46,221 nt of DNA from Candidatus Yonathbacteria bacterium CG_4_8_14_3_um_filter_46_25 (GTDB lineage Bacteria; Patescibacteriota; Minisyncoccia; Phycocordibacterales; UBA1539): positions 1 through 46,221 of the forward strand of contig PFQT01000040.1 of the NCBI GenBank assembly GCA_002788135.1, read 5' to 3'. Shown piece by piece: positions 26,312-36,469 of this stretch. The translations under genes and the position numbers were made by a program. Numbering within the stretch: position 1 is the stretch's first letter; every line of letters starts with the position of its first letter. The notes beneath the pieces are model-generated. The model was not told the origin of the DNA. It searched no databases and worked only from the letters and a program-made list of their open reading frames with translations.

Positions 26312-26960
26312 CATTTCCGATAGTACGCTCGCACGGCGAAAGAAGCAGGCGCGAAAAGTCCTCACTCGACTCGCGCGGCTTTTTCCGGACGCGAAGATGG
26401 CGCTCCGATATTCAAACAATTGGGAGATGCTTATCGCGGTCATTCTCTCCGCGCAGTGTACCGATAAAAAGGTCAACGAGGTCACTGAAGCGCTTTTTAA
26501 GAAATATCGGACACTTGATGATTATGTGAATGCCGATCTTGCGGAGTTTGAGCATCGTATCCATTCGACCGGATTTTATCACAATAAAGCGAAGAACATT
26601 TTGGGGGCGGCACGAATGCTTAAGGAACAATTTGACAGCGTGATCCCTAAAACGATGGAGGAGATGCTTCTTCTGCCCGGGGTTGCCCGGAAGACAGCGA
26701 ATGTCGTTTTAGGCAATGCGTATGGCGTGGTGGAGGGAATCGCGGTGGATACGCACGTGCGACGCCTCGCGCGCCTGTGGGGACTCACTGATGAAATGAA
26801 TCCGGAGAAGATCGAGCGTGACCTGATGGAAATCTTGCCGCGTGAAGAATGGTTCTTGTTCACCTATCGCGTAATTGAATATGGCAGGAACTATTGCCCC
26901 GCAAGACCGCGTCATGATCACATGAATTGCCCGGTGAGTAAAATCTTGGATTATCAATGA
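26295..26960 (+). CDS. nth: Endonuclease III
   Basis: LSAQCTDKKVN, GFYHNKAKNI, LPGVARKTANVVL, VDTHV. Confidence 0.93.
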   Translation: MPSSRNISDSTLARRKKQARKVLTRLARLFPDAKMALRYSNNWEMLIAVILSAQCTDKKVNEVTEALFKKYRTLDDYVNADLAEFEHRIHSTGFYHNKAKNILGAARMLKEQFDSVIPKTMEEMLLLPGVARKTANVVLGNAYGVVEGIAVDTHVRRLARLWGLTDEMNPEKIERDLMEILPREEWFLFTYRVIEYGRNYCPARPRHDHMNCPVSKILDYQ

Positions 26961-27217
26961 AAAATAATTTTACTGAAAATGTTCTTTCAGTTATTGCTTG
27001 CATCCCAAAAGGCGAAATACTCACATACCGAGAAATTACCAAGCAAATCGCAAACCAAAAAGTGTATTATGTCGTAGGGAACATACTCAACAAAAATCAC
27101 AACTCGGCAATCCGATGCCACCGGGTCGTCCGTTCGGACGGCACGCCGGGAGGATATAGCCGCTGAGCGGAGCAAAAACGAGAACTGCTTCTGGAAGAAC
27201 GAAAGAAAAAGAGGTAA
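26957..27217 (+). pseudogene. MGMT/Ogt-family DNA-binding protein, disrupted by a premature TGA
   Basis: IPKG...TY, RCHRVVRSDG..GGY; TGA at 27164, then in-frame AEQKRELLLEE to TAA 27217. Confidence 0.72.
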
Positions 27218-27231
27218 TATAATCCTTGAAT

Positions 27232-28188
27232 ATGAATACGAGTCGCGCAAAAGCCCTTGGGGCAATAATCGGCATTCCTGTCCTCGTCATCGCTTTCACT
27301 GTGGCGTGGGCGAAGAATCCGCCTGATTTGGCACACTTGTTTTCCGCGCCGACAGTGTGTGAGAAACCGCTTACCTATGCGATCGGCAGCATTGACGGCA
27401 GGTTTGGTGTTGGCGTTGTAACACTTCAAGAAGCAGTTACTGCCGCGGAAAAACTCTGGGAGAATGGGACGGGATTCGATTTATTATCGCGTGATGATAA
27501 CGCGTCGCTTAAGATTAACTTGGTGTTTGACGAACGGCAGATCAAGACGATTGAGGAAGCTCGTTTCAAAGCAAAACTCGACCAAGAGCATACTCTTTAT
27601 CAAGGTCTTGTTGCCCAATACGACACGCTGGTTGCAGTACAGGAAAAACGGCTTGATGAATACAACGCGTCTGGCGCACTCTATGATAAGCGGCTCACGA
27701 ATTATAATACGCAAGTCACTCACTGGAACAGTGCCGGTGGTGCTCCGGAAAAGGTGTACAATGAATTTGCAAAAGAGCGCTCCGATCTTGAGCGGCTCCA
27801 GCAAGAACTCGAAAACGAACGGCAAGAACTCAATCAGCAGAACGCTAACATCAACGCGCTCACTGACAAGATCAATATGTATGCCAGCACCTTTAATAAG
27901 AGTGTTGATTCCTACAACACAACTTTTACGGAAGAGCAATTTGAACAAGGGCAGTACACGGGAACAATGATAAACGTGTTCCAATTCGACGATCTTTCCG
28001 ATCTTGAAATTGTACTGGCGCATGAATTCGGTCACGCGTTCGGAATCGACCACCTGAGTAACCCGACAGCAATCATGTATTACCTGATGGAGAAGCAGGA
28101 TACCGAACGCCCGGAACTGACCGCGGAAGACGTAGCGGCCTTGCGCGGCGTATGCAGAATGGAGAACAGCACGTCGAGAAACGATTAG
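27232..28188 (+). CDS. Matrixin (M10)-like zinc metalloprotease with coiled-coil insert
   Basis: N-terminal TM, HEFGHAFGIDH, Met-turn AIMY. Confidence 0.88.
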   Translation: MNTSRAKALGAIIGIPVLVIAFTVAWAKNPPDLAHLFSAPTVCEKPLTYAIGSIDGRFGVGVVTLQEAVTAAEKLWENGTGFDLLSRDDNASLKINLVFDERQIKTIEEARFKAKLDQEHTLYQGLVAQYDTLVAVQEKRLDEYNASGALYDKRLTNYNTQVTHWNSAGGAPEKVYNEFAKERSDLERLQQELENERQELNQQNANINALTDKINMYASTFNKSVDSYNTTFTEEQFEQGQYTGTMINVFQFDDLSDLEIVLAHEFGHAFGIDHLSNPTAIMYYLMEKQDTERPELTAEDVAALRGVCRMENSTSRND

Positions 28189-28196
28189 CGATAATA

Positions 28197-28210
28197 ATAT
28201 TGTGCGACAT
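28197..28210. repeat. dif/Xer-arm-like sequence (inverted copy of 28888-28901)
   Basis: ATATTGTGCGACAT is the exact reverse complement of ATGTCGCACAATAT. Confidence 0.5.
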
Positions 28211-28233
28211 GATGCAAGGCGTTAATTAAACTT

Positions 28234-28616
28234 ATGAAGGAAAATCAAGAACCAAAAGTCGGTGTCGGGGTGATAATCTTTCGGAAAGGAAAAGTACTCC
28301 TCGAAAAACGAAAAAGGGCGCACGGAGCCGGGAATGTGCCTTTCCGGGCGGACTCTTGAGTATGGAGAATCGTTACGCATAACGCGCGGAATGAGAGACG
28401 CGTGAGGAGTATGGTATTGAGATAAAAAACATTTCGTTCCAATTCTTGTCGAATGTAACACGGTACGCACCGAAGCATCTTGAACCGGACATGGCAGAGT
28501 CATAGGGGTGGTATGCGCTTGATGATCTTCCCGCGCCGCTTTTTCTCATGTGTCAACAAGCGATCGAAAGTTACAAGACGAAACGGGCATGCTACGACTT
28601 AAACACAAAAAGATGA
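28234..28616 (+). pseudogene. Nudix hydrolase (NUDT15/MutT-like) pseudogene
   Basis: MKENQEPKVGVGVIIFRKGKVLL.KRK.AHGAG, then shifted-frame pieces AFPGG, LEYGES, RNERRV, GWYALDDLPAPLF; several frameshifts. Confidence 0.78.
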
Positions 28617-28655
28617 AAGAAAGCGAGGTCATAAAAATTAGCTCATTAGTAGTGG

Positions 28656-28686
28656 ATTTTATTGGACACTCGGTGTCCAATAAAAT
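28656..28686. repeat. REP-like palindrome, copy 3 (inverted loop TCG)
   Basis: ATTTTATTGGACAC-TCG-GTGTCCAATAAAAT. Confidence 0.9.
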
Positions 28687-28887
28687 AAAGTTTTGGAAAA
28701 GCATACAAAAAAATAAAAAAACTGATGGTTGCTATTGATAGATATGTGTATCGCCATCGTACATCGAGCTGATTAACGACGATGATAAAGTAGTTGCCGC
28801 GCACCTACCCGAATCCGACATTGGCTTGATTAGTAGTATGAGGGGATAGGGGCTCATACGATTAGTGCTTTGTGGGAAAGTATATAG

Positions 28888-28915
28888 ATGTCGCACAATA
28901 TATCTTTTGCGACAC
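28888..28915. other. dif-like 11-6-11 site
   Basis: ATGTCGCACAA-TATATC-TTTTGCGACAC; left arm resembles the XerC arm GGTGCGCATAA. Confidence 0.4.
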
Positions 28916-28980
28916 TATAATAAAGAATAAAGCAGGATCCTAAAGTCGCCCTATTGCCTATCGCAAAATAATTACCGTAG

Positions 28981-29289
28981 CTACATTGCGATCACATCGA
29001 GAGTCGACGTTGCGAGCGATGATCCATCTGGTGACGTTGCGGTATCAACACCAAAAAAAGACGCGACATGAACCCAAACGAATCCCACAATGACTTTATC
29101 CCAAAGAAATCCTCCTGCTGGATACAAATAATTACCCCAAGCATACGTGGCGTGGCTCATTACCCATTGTCCAGCGCTTGATTCTGTGATAGTTTTTAAA
29201 TCGAAACTGAAATAAGAAAGCGTAACAATAACAATAATGAGTACTACGATGAGTTTCAAAAATCCGCCAGTGTTTCTTGGTGTGTTCAT
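28981..29289 (-). CDS. Small membrane protein
   Basis: GGFLKLIVVLIIVIVTLSYFSFDL TM; TATAAT 9 nt before the ATG. Confidence 0.75.
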   Translation of the reverse strand: MNTPRNTGGFLKLIVVLIIVIVTLSYFSFDLKTITESSAGQWVMSHATYAWGNYLYPAGGFLWDKVIVGFVWVHVASFFGVDTATSPDGSSLATSTLDVIAM

Positions 29290-29340
29290 GGCAACTATAT
29301 TATACATCCCAAAGATTTATCAAGGAAGAAGCTCAGTGCT

Positions 29341-30639
29341 TTACAAGTAGATTAATGGATCAAGATAAGCATTGAGGGGTGCCACCGGAATACGCGCATC
29401 CATACAGTTGGTTATGGTTTTAATATCTCCCATGCGCACTATTTTAACCCCTTGGGTCGCAAAAACGGTCAGGTGCAAGTGTGGCCCAGTTGTATATCCG
29501 GTATTGCCACTATACCCGATCACATCGCCGGTGGCGACCGTTTGGCCGCTCGATACCTTAATAAGCGAGAGGTGCCCATAAAGCGTCGAGAGGCCATTTG
29601 GGTGTTGTATAAGAACCCATTTGCCGTATGAGTAGCATCCGGAATAAGCATCGGTATTACCCGTTTCGACAACAGTTCCAGTGAGCGTCGCTTTAACCGG
29701 TGTCCCAATAGCAACACCAAAGTCCACCCCGTTATGCCCTTGCCCGCTATAAGCGCCACTTTGTGCAAATTCGGTATTGCCAAATTTCTGTGTTATTCGT
29801 ATTTTGTCGAGCGGCCACGCAAGTACGCCCTTTCCAGCCGAAGGAAGACTGCGCGGATCAATTGCAATACGAAGATCTGACTCATATTTAAGAAGTTGTT
29901 GTTCAAATTGTTCTTTCAGTGCCTTTTTCTCATTAAGGATTTTTTGATAATTTGATTCTTTATTTTTTGTTTTTGAAAGCAGATTACTCTTTTCATCCTT
30001 ATTCTCTTGCACAATCTTTTTTTTATCGCTTAATTCCGCACGCAAATCAACCAGCTGATCTTTTTCATCCTCCGACTCCGTTCGAGTATCAGATAGTTCT
30101 TCTCTCAACAATTCGAGTTGTTGAAGTTTTTCGCGCGCGACAGCATGGAATTGTTGAAGGTTCTCCATTTCAATCAAAAGCGATGAAAGATCATCGTTCG
30201 AAAGAACAATCTCAAGAAGCGTGGTATCGTCTGCTTCGTTCACTCGACGCATAATTCCTGCGATTGCCTCATTTAGCCGATTGATATCAGTCTGCTTTTG
30301 ATCAAGTTCGATTGAAAGCTTCGCAATAGTAAGCGCGGTTGAATCTATTTTCTGTTCGGTTACGATGATGTTTTTTTCAAGTTGCCGCTTTGTCGTATCA
30401 AGCATCTTGATCGAATTTTGAAAAGTATTCGCTTGGTTCCCAAGACTTTCAATTTCATTTTGGTATACTTCAATCTCCTGTTCGAGCTTCTCGATCTCGG
30501 TATTTTTAGTTGATATTTTTTGCTTTATATCGTCAACGAGCGCCGCGCGGGCGAAAGAAAGAGAAAGCAAGCATATCATTGCCGCAAAAAATAAAGATGT
30601 TGTGACGCTATGTTTCTTTGAAAATTTCGATCTTTTCAT
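29341..30639 (-). CDS. Peptidase M23 with long coiled coil (EnvC/murein hydrolase-like)
   Basis: HNGVDFG, YGKWV, YGHLS, GNTGYTTGPHLH. Confidence 0.92.
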   Translation of the reverse strand: MKRSKFSKKHSVTTSLFFAAMICLLSLSFARAALVDDIKQKISTKNTEIEKLEQEIEVYQNEIESLGNQANTFQNSIKMLDTTKRQLEKNIIVTEQKIDSTALTIAKLSIELDQKQTDINRLNEAIAGIMRRVNEADDTTLLEIVLSNDDLSSLLIEMENLQQFHAVAREKLQQLELLREELSDTRTESEDEKDQLVDLRAELSDKKKIVQENKDEKSNLLSKTKNKESNYQKILNEKKALKEQFEQQLLKYESDLRIAIDPRSLPSAGKGVLAWPLDKIRITQKFGNTEFAQSGAYSGQGHNGVDFGVAIGTPVKATLTGTVVETGNTDAYSGCYSYGKWVLIQHPNGLSTLYGHLSLIKVSSGQTVATGDVIGYSGNTGYTTGPHLHLTVFATQGVKIVRMGDIKTITNCMDARIPVAPLNAYLDPLIYL

Positions 30640-30647
30640 ACGGTTTT

Positions 30648-32006
30648 TTAGGAGTTGCGCGCGATAAGCGTCTCGGAAGCATATCGAAGCCGTTTTAATG
30701 ATTCTTCTTTCCCTAGTATACTGACCAGCACAAATGGGTCCGGCGATTTTTCCTTTCCAGAGAGAGCGAACCGCATTGGCCACAACACATCCCCTCTTCC
30801 TTCAGAAGAAGCATACTTCCACACGGTTTCTTTCACTGTGTCGCCAGTTAGATTTTCTTCGTCAATTTCTTGCAGTAATTCTATTACTTTGTCAAGTCTT
30901 TGTTTGGTAACAAGCAGGTCAGGCGTGCCTTTCCAAAGAAGTTTCCTCGGATCATAAGTCGGACGCTCGAAGATATAATCAAATTCACCCGATTCGAACA
31001 TTGCAGAAATATCAGAGAGCGTGTTGATCCGCTCAACAATGATTAGAGCGATATTTTTAAGCATGCGTTCGGAAATTTTTTTATCGCTTTTTTTAAACTT
31101 TTCCGGAATATATTCAATAACCTTTTTTTCAAATTCTTCCGGCAACATTTTTTTTAGATACTCGCGATTCAGCCAATCAAGTTTTTCAATATTGAAAATA
31201 GCTCCGCCCTTCTGTACCCGTTCAAGCGTAAATTCTTTTACCAAATCATTCATCGAAAATAGTTCGCCGCTTCCCTCGGGATGCCAACCAATAAGCGCAA
31301 GAAAATTTACCATGGCATCAGGTAGATACCCTTTATCACGAAACTCAACAAGAGAAACCGAGCCATGTCGCTTTGAGAGTTTTGATTTGTCGTGCGCAAG
31401 GATGAGCGGTATATGCGCATAAGTTGGATGAGGGGCATCAATGGCGCTTTGCAAGAGGATCTGCCGCGGGGTATTTGAGATATGGTCCTCCCCGCGAATG
31501 ACCTGCGTTACGCCCATCTCAAAGTCGTCAACAACAACCGCCAAATGAAAGAGCGGCGTATCAATATTTTTAGCGACCACGAAGTCGCCTAATTCGGTTG
31601 TATCAAATTCGATGTTTCCGCGTATCGCGTCATGGAAGGAAATTTTGGCACCGGGATTTCTGAAGCGTATCACTTTGCCACTGCCGTCTTTCCCCTCTTC
31701 CGCTTCGTACGCAAGTCCGCGATTGATCAGTCTTTGAAGACAATCTTTATGCTTGTCTGCGCGTTCTGATTGGCGATACAATTTGTCATAAGAAATTCCA
31801 AGCCACGCAAGGCCGTTTATGATATTTTCTTCGTATTCTTTTTTGCTCCTCTCTTTGTCGGTATCCTCGATGCGCAGAAGAAAATTTCCTTCATGCTGAC
31901 GAGCGTAAAGATAGTTAAAAAGCGCCGTTCGTGCACCGCCGACATGCAATACACCCGTTGGAGAGGGCGCGAAGCGGGTAATCACTTTTTTATTGGCAAT
32001 AGACAC
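30648..32006 (-). CDS. gltX: Glutamate--tRNA ligase
   Basis: RFAPSPTG.LHVGGAR, RIEDTD, IRGEDH, KLSKRHG; start uncertain. Confidence 0.96.
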   Translation of the reverse strand: MSIANKKVITRFAPSPTGVLHVGGARTALFNYLYARQHEGNFLLRIEDTDKERSKKEYEENIINGLAWLGISYDKLYRQSERADKHKDCLQRLINRGLAYEAEEGKDGSGKVIRFRNPGAKISFHDAIRGNIEFDTTELGDFVVAKNIDTPLFHLAVVVDDFEMGVTQVIRGEDHISNTPRQILLQSAIDAPHPTYAHIPLILAHDKSKLSKRHGSVSLVEFRDKGYLPDAMVNFLALIGWHPEGSGELFSMNDLVKEFTLERVQKGGAIFNIEKLDWLNREYLKKMLPEEFEKKVIEYIPEKFKKSDKKISERMLKNIALIIVERINTLSDISAMFESGEFDYIFERPTYDPRKLLWKGTPDLLVTKQRLDKVIELLQEIDEENLTGDTVKETVWKYASSEGRGDVLWPMRFALSGKEKSPDPFVLVSILGKEESLKRLRYASETLIARNS

Positions 32007-32083
32007 AAGCAAACTGGAGGGCAAAACCCTTCTTCGCCATTATAATCTACAGAGTGGCAAGCGGCAAGAAAAGCATGGGGTAT

Positions 32084-33220
32084 TTAGCGTTTTTTGCCCG
32101 AGTGCTCAAAGAGAATGTTCATTATTTGCTGTGCGATCTTTTCCGCCGCGCCGGGATTGGCAAATCTACCAGCCGCCTCTCTCATTTCCTGCATTTTTGC
32201 GCCATCCTCCATTATTCGTTTTATTTCCGTCGCCAAGAGATAGGGAGAAAGATTCTTCTCTTCAATGACCTCAGCGCACCCGGCGCGAGTATACGAATAT
32301 GCATTTTTAATCTGGTGATCTCCGTTCGAATCGGTGATCGGAATAATTATTGCCGGAATGCCCCATAAAGCGATCTCGAATATGGTCGAGCCAGCGCGTG
32401 AGACAACCAGATCCGCTACCCCGCTTGCCGCGCGCATTTGGTCGTCGGAAAGAAAAGCAAGCGGTTTATATCGTTTTGCATGAGTATTGTCCTTTAATAC
32501 AATACCAAGAACATTCTCAATGCTCTTTATATTACGCATCCCAACCTGATGAATGATTTGGTACCGATCAAGAAGAAACGGTAACGCGCCAATAACAGCA
32601 TCGTTGATAATCTGCGCGCCCTGTGATCCCCCAAGAACCAGCACAACCGGAACACCCTGTTCGAGACCGAGCATTTCCAGCGCCCCGCCCCGCATCGGGA
32701 CTGTCACTTCTTCACGGATCGGATTACCAGTCACTGCGGTTCTTTTTTTGGGGAAAAATTGTGCGGCATACGGATAGGATATCGCTACCTGTTTTGCGAA
32801 TTTCCCAGCCCATTTGTTGACCCTTCCGGGCACACTGTCAGATTCGTGGATAATAACCGGTATATGCAGGAGCCGTGCGGCAAAGAGCGCTGGAAAACTC
32901 GCGTATCCCCCCTTTCCAATGACCACATCGGGATAGAGGATGAAAAGCTTGAACACCGCGCGCGTCGCCGCGATTGGAGTCTTGAATACATCGATAATAT
33001 TTTTCACTGAAAAGTACTGCCGCATTTTCCCTGTGTTCACCTTAATGAACTCAAGTTTGTTTTTAGTGACCAGACTTTCATCGTAAGGAGTATCTGACAT
33101 GTAATACAGTCGGACATCCTTGAGTCCTTCCCGATCAAGAAGTATATTTAACTTTTGGACGATAGCTATGATCGGGTAAAAATGTCCTCCCGATCCGCCA
33201 CCGGTGAATAAGACTTTCAT
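32084..33220 (-). CDS. murG: Undecaprenyl-PP-MurNAc-pentapeptide GlcNAc transferase
   Basis: TGGGSGGHFYP, GGYAS, TGNPIR, GGSQGA, SRAGS, HQIKNA. Confidence 0.96.
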   Translation of the reverse strand: MKVLFTGGGSGGHFYPIIAIVQKLNILLDREGLKDVRLYYMSDTPYDESLVTKNKLEFIKVNTGKMRQYFSVKNIIDVFKTPIAATRAVFKLFILYPDVVIGKGGYASFPALFAARLLHIPVIIHESDSVPGRVNKWAGKFAKQVAISYPYAAQFFPKKRTAVTGNPIREEVTVPMRGGALEMLGLEQGVPVVLVLGGSQGAQIINDAVIGALPFLLDRYQIIHQVGMRNIKSIENVLGIVLKDNTHAKRYKPLAFLSDDQMRAASGVADLVVSRAGSTIFEIALWGIPAIIIPITDSNGDHQIKNAYSYTRAGCAEVIEEKNLSPYLLATEIKRIMEDGAKMQEMREAAGRFANPGAAEKIAQQIMNILFEHSGKKR

Positions 33221-33227
33221 GCAGTAA

Positions 33228-34322
33228 TCATTTTTTCATGAATTTCGAAATGTTGAGTATGATGCCGACCTCAAACAATGCGAAAAATAACGCAGTTCCT
33301 CCGTGGCTTATAAAAAGTAGCGGAAGACCTGTCAGCGGGAAAACTCCAAGCATTGAAGCGATGTTGATCAATGACTGGAATGTTATAAGTATAACAAGCC
33401 CCAGCACTAAAAGTCCACTGAAGTAATCGGGAGCACGGGCTGATATTTGCAGTCCGCGGACGCAAAAGAGCGCAAACATGAGAAGAATGAGTACGCTGCC
33501 GACAAAGCCGAATTCTTCAGCCGCGACGGCAAAGATTGAATCTCCTATCGGTTCGGGAAGGTAGCGAAACTTTTGTATGCTTTGTCCAAACCCTCTCCCG
33601 AATATTTTCCCGGAACCGATGGCATTGAGCGATTGTTGCAGTTGCCAACTTGCGCCAGAGGGGTCGCGTACCGGATCAAGAAAGGTCATGATTCGAACCT
33701 GGAGATATGGTTTTGAATAAACCAATACGCCAAAAAGTACCGCGGCGAGCATAATCAGATAAAAAATATAGCGCCATCTTCCTCCTCCGACGAAAAACAT
33801 AAGGAATGAAACAGTCAAAATGACGATGAAAGTTCCCGTGTCCGGTTGTGTGATAAGAACGGCGGCTACGATACCTACAACAATGAGTAGCGGAAGAATA
33901 CCCTTTATGCTATGCATTTCTTTTCGCAACGACGAGAATAGCGCGCTCAAGTAGGCAATCGATCCGAACTTAAGAAATTCAGCCGGTTGAAACGAAATGG
34001 ACCCGATCTCAAGCCATCGTACCGCGCCGCCGTGAGGCAATCCAAGTCCCGGGATAAAAACAGCAACGGATGCAAGGACAGATAAAAGAAAAATATAAAA
34101 CGAATACTGCCTCCAAAAACGATAGGGTACGTTCAAGGCGATCAAGAGTGCGATACTTCCAAGGAATACCCCAAGGAATATCTGGCTGAAAGCAACGCTT
34201 GAAAATGTTGCCCCGCTTCTTGAAAGAAGCCCGAGCGACGCGGAAGAAAAAATAAACAAACCAAACACAACCAAAAAAATGGTGGTGAAAAAGAAAATTC
34301 TATCAGATTTTCGTCGTACCAT
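33228..34322 (-). CDS. ftsW: SEDS peptidoglycan polymerase FtsW
   Basis: GAVRWL, FQPAEFLK, QPDTGT, YLPEPIGDSIFAV.AEE.G, PLTGLPL.FISHGG. Confidence 0.93.
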   Translation of the reverse strand: MVRRKSDRIFFFTTIFLVVFGLFIFSSASLGLLSRSGATFSSVAFSQIFLGVFLGSIALLIALNVPYRFWRQYSFYIFLLSVLASVAVFIPGLGLPHGGAVRWLEIGSISFQPAEFLKFGSIAYLSALFSSLRKEMHSIKGILPLLIVVGIVAAVLITQPDTGTFIVILTVSFLMFFVGGGRWRYIFYLIMLAAVLFGVLVYSKPYLQVRIMTFLDPVRDPSGASWQLQQSLNAIGSGKIFGRGFGQSIQKFRYLPEPIGDSIFAVAAEEFGFVGSVLILLMFALFCVRGLQISARAPDYFSGLLVLGLVILITFQSLINIASMLGVFPLTGLPLLFISHGGTALFFALFEVGIILNISKFMKK

Positions 34323-34346
34323 TTGTTGCGTTCAAACTGTTCGTAA

Positions 34347-35405
34347 TTAACCGATAAAAAACACCACCATTCCGATTATGGCACAGATCACCGAGATGAT
34401 CCAAAATCGCATCGTTACTTTATACGGCGGCCAACCAAGCGCCTCGAAGTGATGATGGATAGGCGCCACGAGAAATACCTTTTTTCCATTTCTGAGTTTC
34501 TTCGATGATATTTGTATTATATCAGAAAGTGAAGCCGCAAAGAGAGGCAGGGCGATGATCGGAAGAACCGCTACACCGTTGGCAAGAAATGCTACGACCG
34601 TAAGAGCTGTTGTAAGACCGAGAATTCCCGTTTCGGACATATAGAACCGAGCTGGTGGCACATTGAACCAGAGAAATGCAAGCGTTCCTCCCCCAACAAC
34701 CCCACAAAACGCCGCAAGATCGATCTGGTGTTGGAAAAAAGCGATTCCCGCATAGGCGCCAAAAATAGTGGCCATGATACCGCCGGAGAGCCCATCAATC
34801 CCATCGATCACGCCGCCAGAAAACAGCGCGAGCATAACAAGCATGAAAAATGGGATGAAGAAGATTCCTAGTCCGACATCTCCGACAAACGGCACATAAA
34901 AACTCGAGACATCGAGTTTAAAGAAAAACCACGAAGCACCAATGAACCCGAGAAGTAGCACGATCGCTATTCGGATACGCAGCGGAATTCCTCCCGCGAT
35001 ATACCCGCCTTTGCCAAACACAATAAGAAAGTCGTCGACAAGCCCCACGAGCGAAGCGCTGACAAGCGTAAAAAGCGGAAGCCATGTTTGCCCTCTGCTC
35101 ACCATATCCATTTTTTGCGTAAGCTCGGTCGGGAATATTTTTGATACAATCCATATTAAGGCGATAGTGATAAGAACGCTTCCCCAAATGACGATCCCTC
35201 CCATACGCGGAGTTCCGGTGTCGCGATCCTTATGGAGTTTGTTAAAGATTGGTGTGCCTCCCCCGCCGAGCGATCCCGATTTTCCTGACTGTTTTTTCCA
35301 TAATTTATATTTATACAAAAAGTGAGTAAGAGATGGCGTCATGGCGACACCGATAAAAAACGCAAGTGTTGACGGAAAAAAAACTTTTACAACATCCATT
35401 ATCAT
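34347..35405 (-). CDS. mraY: Phospho-N-acetylmuramoyl-pentapeptide transferase
   Basis: GTPRMGG, GLVDD, DGIDGL, PPARFYM, APIHHHFE. Confidence 0.95.
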   Translation of the reverse strand: MIMDVVKVFFPSTLAFFIGVAMTPSLTHFLYKYKLWKKQSGKSGSLGGGGTPIFNKLHKDRDTGTPRMGGIVIWGSVLITIALIWIVSKIFPTELTQKMDMVSRGQTWLPLFTLVSASLVGLVDDFLIVFGKGGYIAGGIPLRIRIAIVLLLGFIGASWFFFKLDVSSFYVPFVGDVGLGIFFIPFFMLVMLALFSGGVIDGIDGLSGGIMATIFGAYAGIAFFQHQIDLAAFCGVVGGGTLAFLWFNVPPARFYMSETGILGLTTALTVVAFLANGVAVLPIIALPLFAASLSDIIQISSKKLRNGKKVFLVAPIHHHFEALGWPPYKVTMRFWIISVICAIIGMVVFFIG

Positions 35406-35456
35406 ACAAATACAACATAATAATTATACTCGCTTCCTCGCATGATAACAAATCTT

Positions 35457-36437
35457 CTACTCGGTACTTACTTTATGAACACTTGCGTCAACGAGTTTTT
35501 TCATATCGCTGAATCGTCCCTCTTCGCTTGAGCCGAGGATCGATATGGCAATGGGACGCATAAGTCCGGCATCAAAAACAACTACCAGATTTCCACCCGC
35601 AAGATCGGTAAAACCGGTCTTCGATGCGATGAGTCCGGGGATTTTCCCAATCATTTCGTTGGTATTTGATGCGCTGTGAGATATTTCACTAAGAGATTGC
35701 GCGACGAACTCACGGTATGAGGTTGACTCGAATATCTGCTGATAATTGCGTACGGCATACGCGAAGAGCGTTGTCATATCCTTCGCTGTTCCATAGGCGC
35801 CGCTCGTGACATCATCCACGTCAAGACCCGTTTCGTTGAAAAATACGGTGTTAGGAAGCGGGATTGATACGGCTTTTTCGTTCATTGCCGCAACAAACAA
35901 ACTTTTTGCTTCTTCTACCGACATTCCATAATCAACTTGCCCATAAGAACCGGCAACAGACGCAATAGCACTCGCTCCATCATTGGAAGAGGTTGTAAGA
36001 GTAAAATCTATGAGGTCAGAAAGTCTCCATTGTTCCCCGACATGAAGACCAGAATCCCCATCGAGAGCAATGTCGCCCGAGTGTACCGTCACAACCGTTG
36101 ATTTTGGGATAAGGTCAGATGCAATTACGGCCGTCATCACTTTCGTCACCGAAGCGAGCGGGAGTCGTTCATTCTCATTGTGGGCAAAAAGCGATACATC
36201 ATTTCTTATGTCGAAAACGTACGCCGCAATCGCTTCAAGTTCTATCTCATCGAACGGATCGGCCGCTTCTTTCTCGATCAAGACTTCATGCACCGATGCC
36301 TCTTCCAATTTACTCGCATGACCGAGGTCGTCAATGCCGACGTAAGGAAATATGGCAACAAACAAAATGCCAACAAGAAACATTGCCCCGAACATGTGGA
36401 TGTCTTCCCGCTCGATTTTTTTAAAAAATTGTTTCAT
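35457..36437 (-). CDS. D-alanyl-D-alanine carboxypeptidase (S11)
   Basis: ASVTK (SxxK), SSND (SxN), KTG. Confidence 0.92.
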   Translation of the reverse strand: MKQFFKKIEREDIHMFGAMFLVGILFVAIFPYVGIDDLGHASKLEEASVHEVLIEKEAADPFDEIELEAIAAYVFDIRNDVSLFAHNENERLPLASVTKVMTAVIASDLIPKSTVVTVHSGDIALDGDSGLHVGEQWRLSDLIDFTLTTSSNDGASAIASVAGSYGQVDYGMSVEEAKSLFVAAMNEKAVSIPLPNTVFFNETGLDVDDVTSGAYGTAKDMTTLFAYAVRNYQQIFESTSYREFVAQSLSEISHSASNTNEMIGKIPGLIASKTGFTDLAGGNLVVVFDAGLMRPIAISILGSSEEGRFSDMKKLVDASVHKVSTE

Positions 36438-36469
36438 TTTTAATCAGTAAACTTGGTTGCCGTAAAACA

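Noticed and set aside
27164..27166. TGA read as Gly (genetic code 25) in the MGMT gene
   Set aside because: Intact genes such as rplI, nth, ftsW, 21907-22302 and 22348-22881 end in TGA, and long genes show no internal TGA, so this is a nonsense mutation
28734..28860. 41-aa minus-strand ORF and GTATGAG/CTCATAC hairpin
   Set aside because: No SD, motif or repeat support; cannot be distinguished from chance
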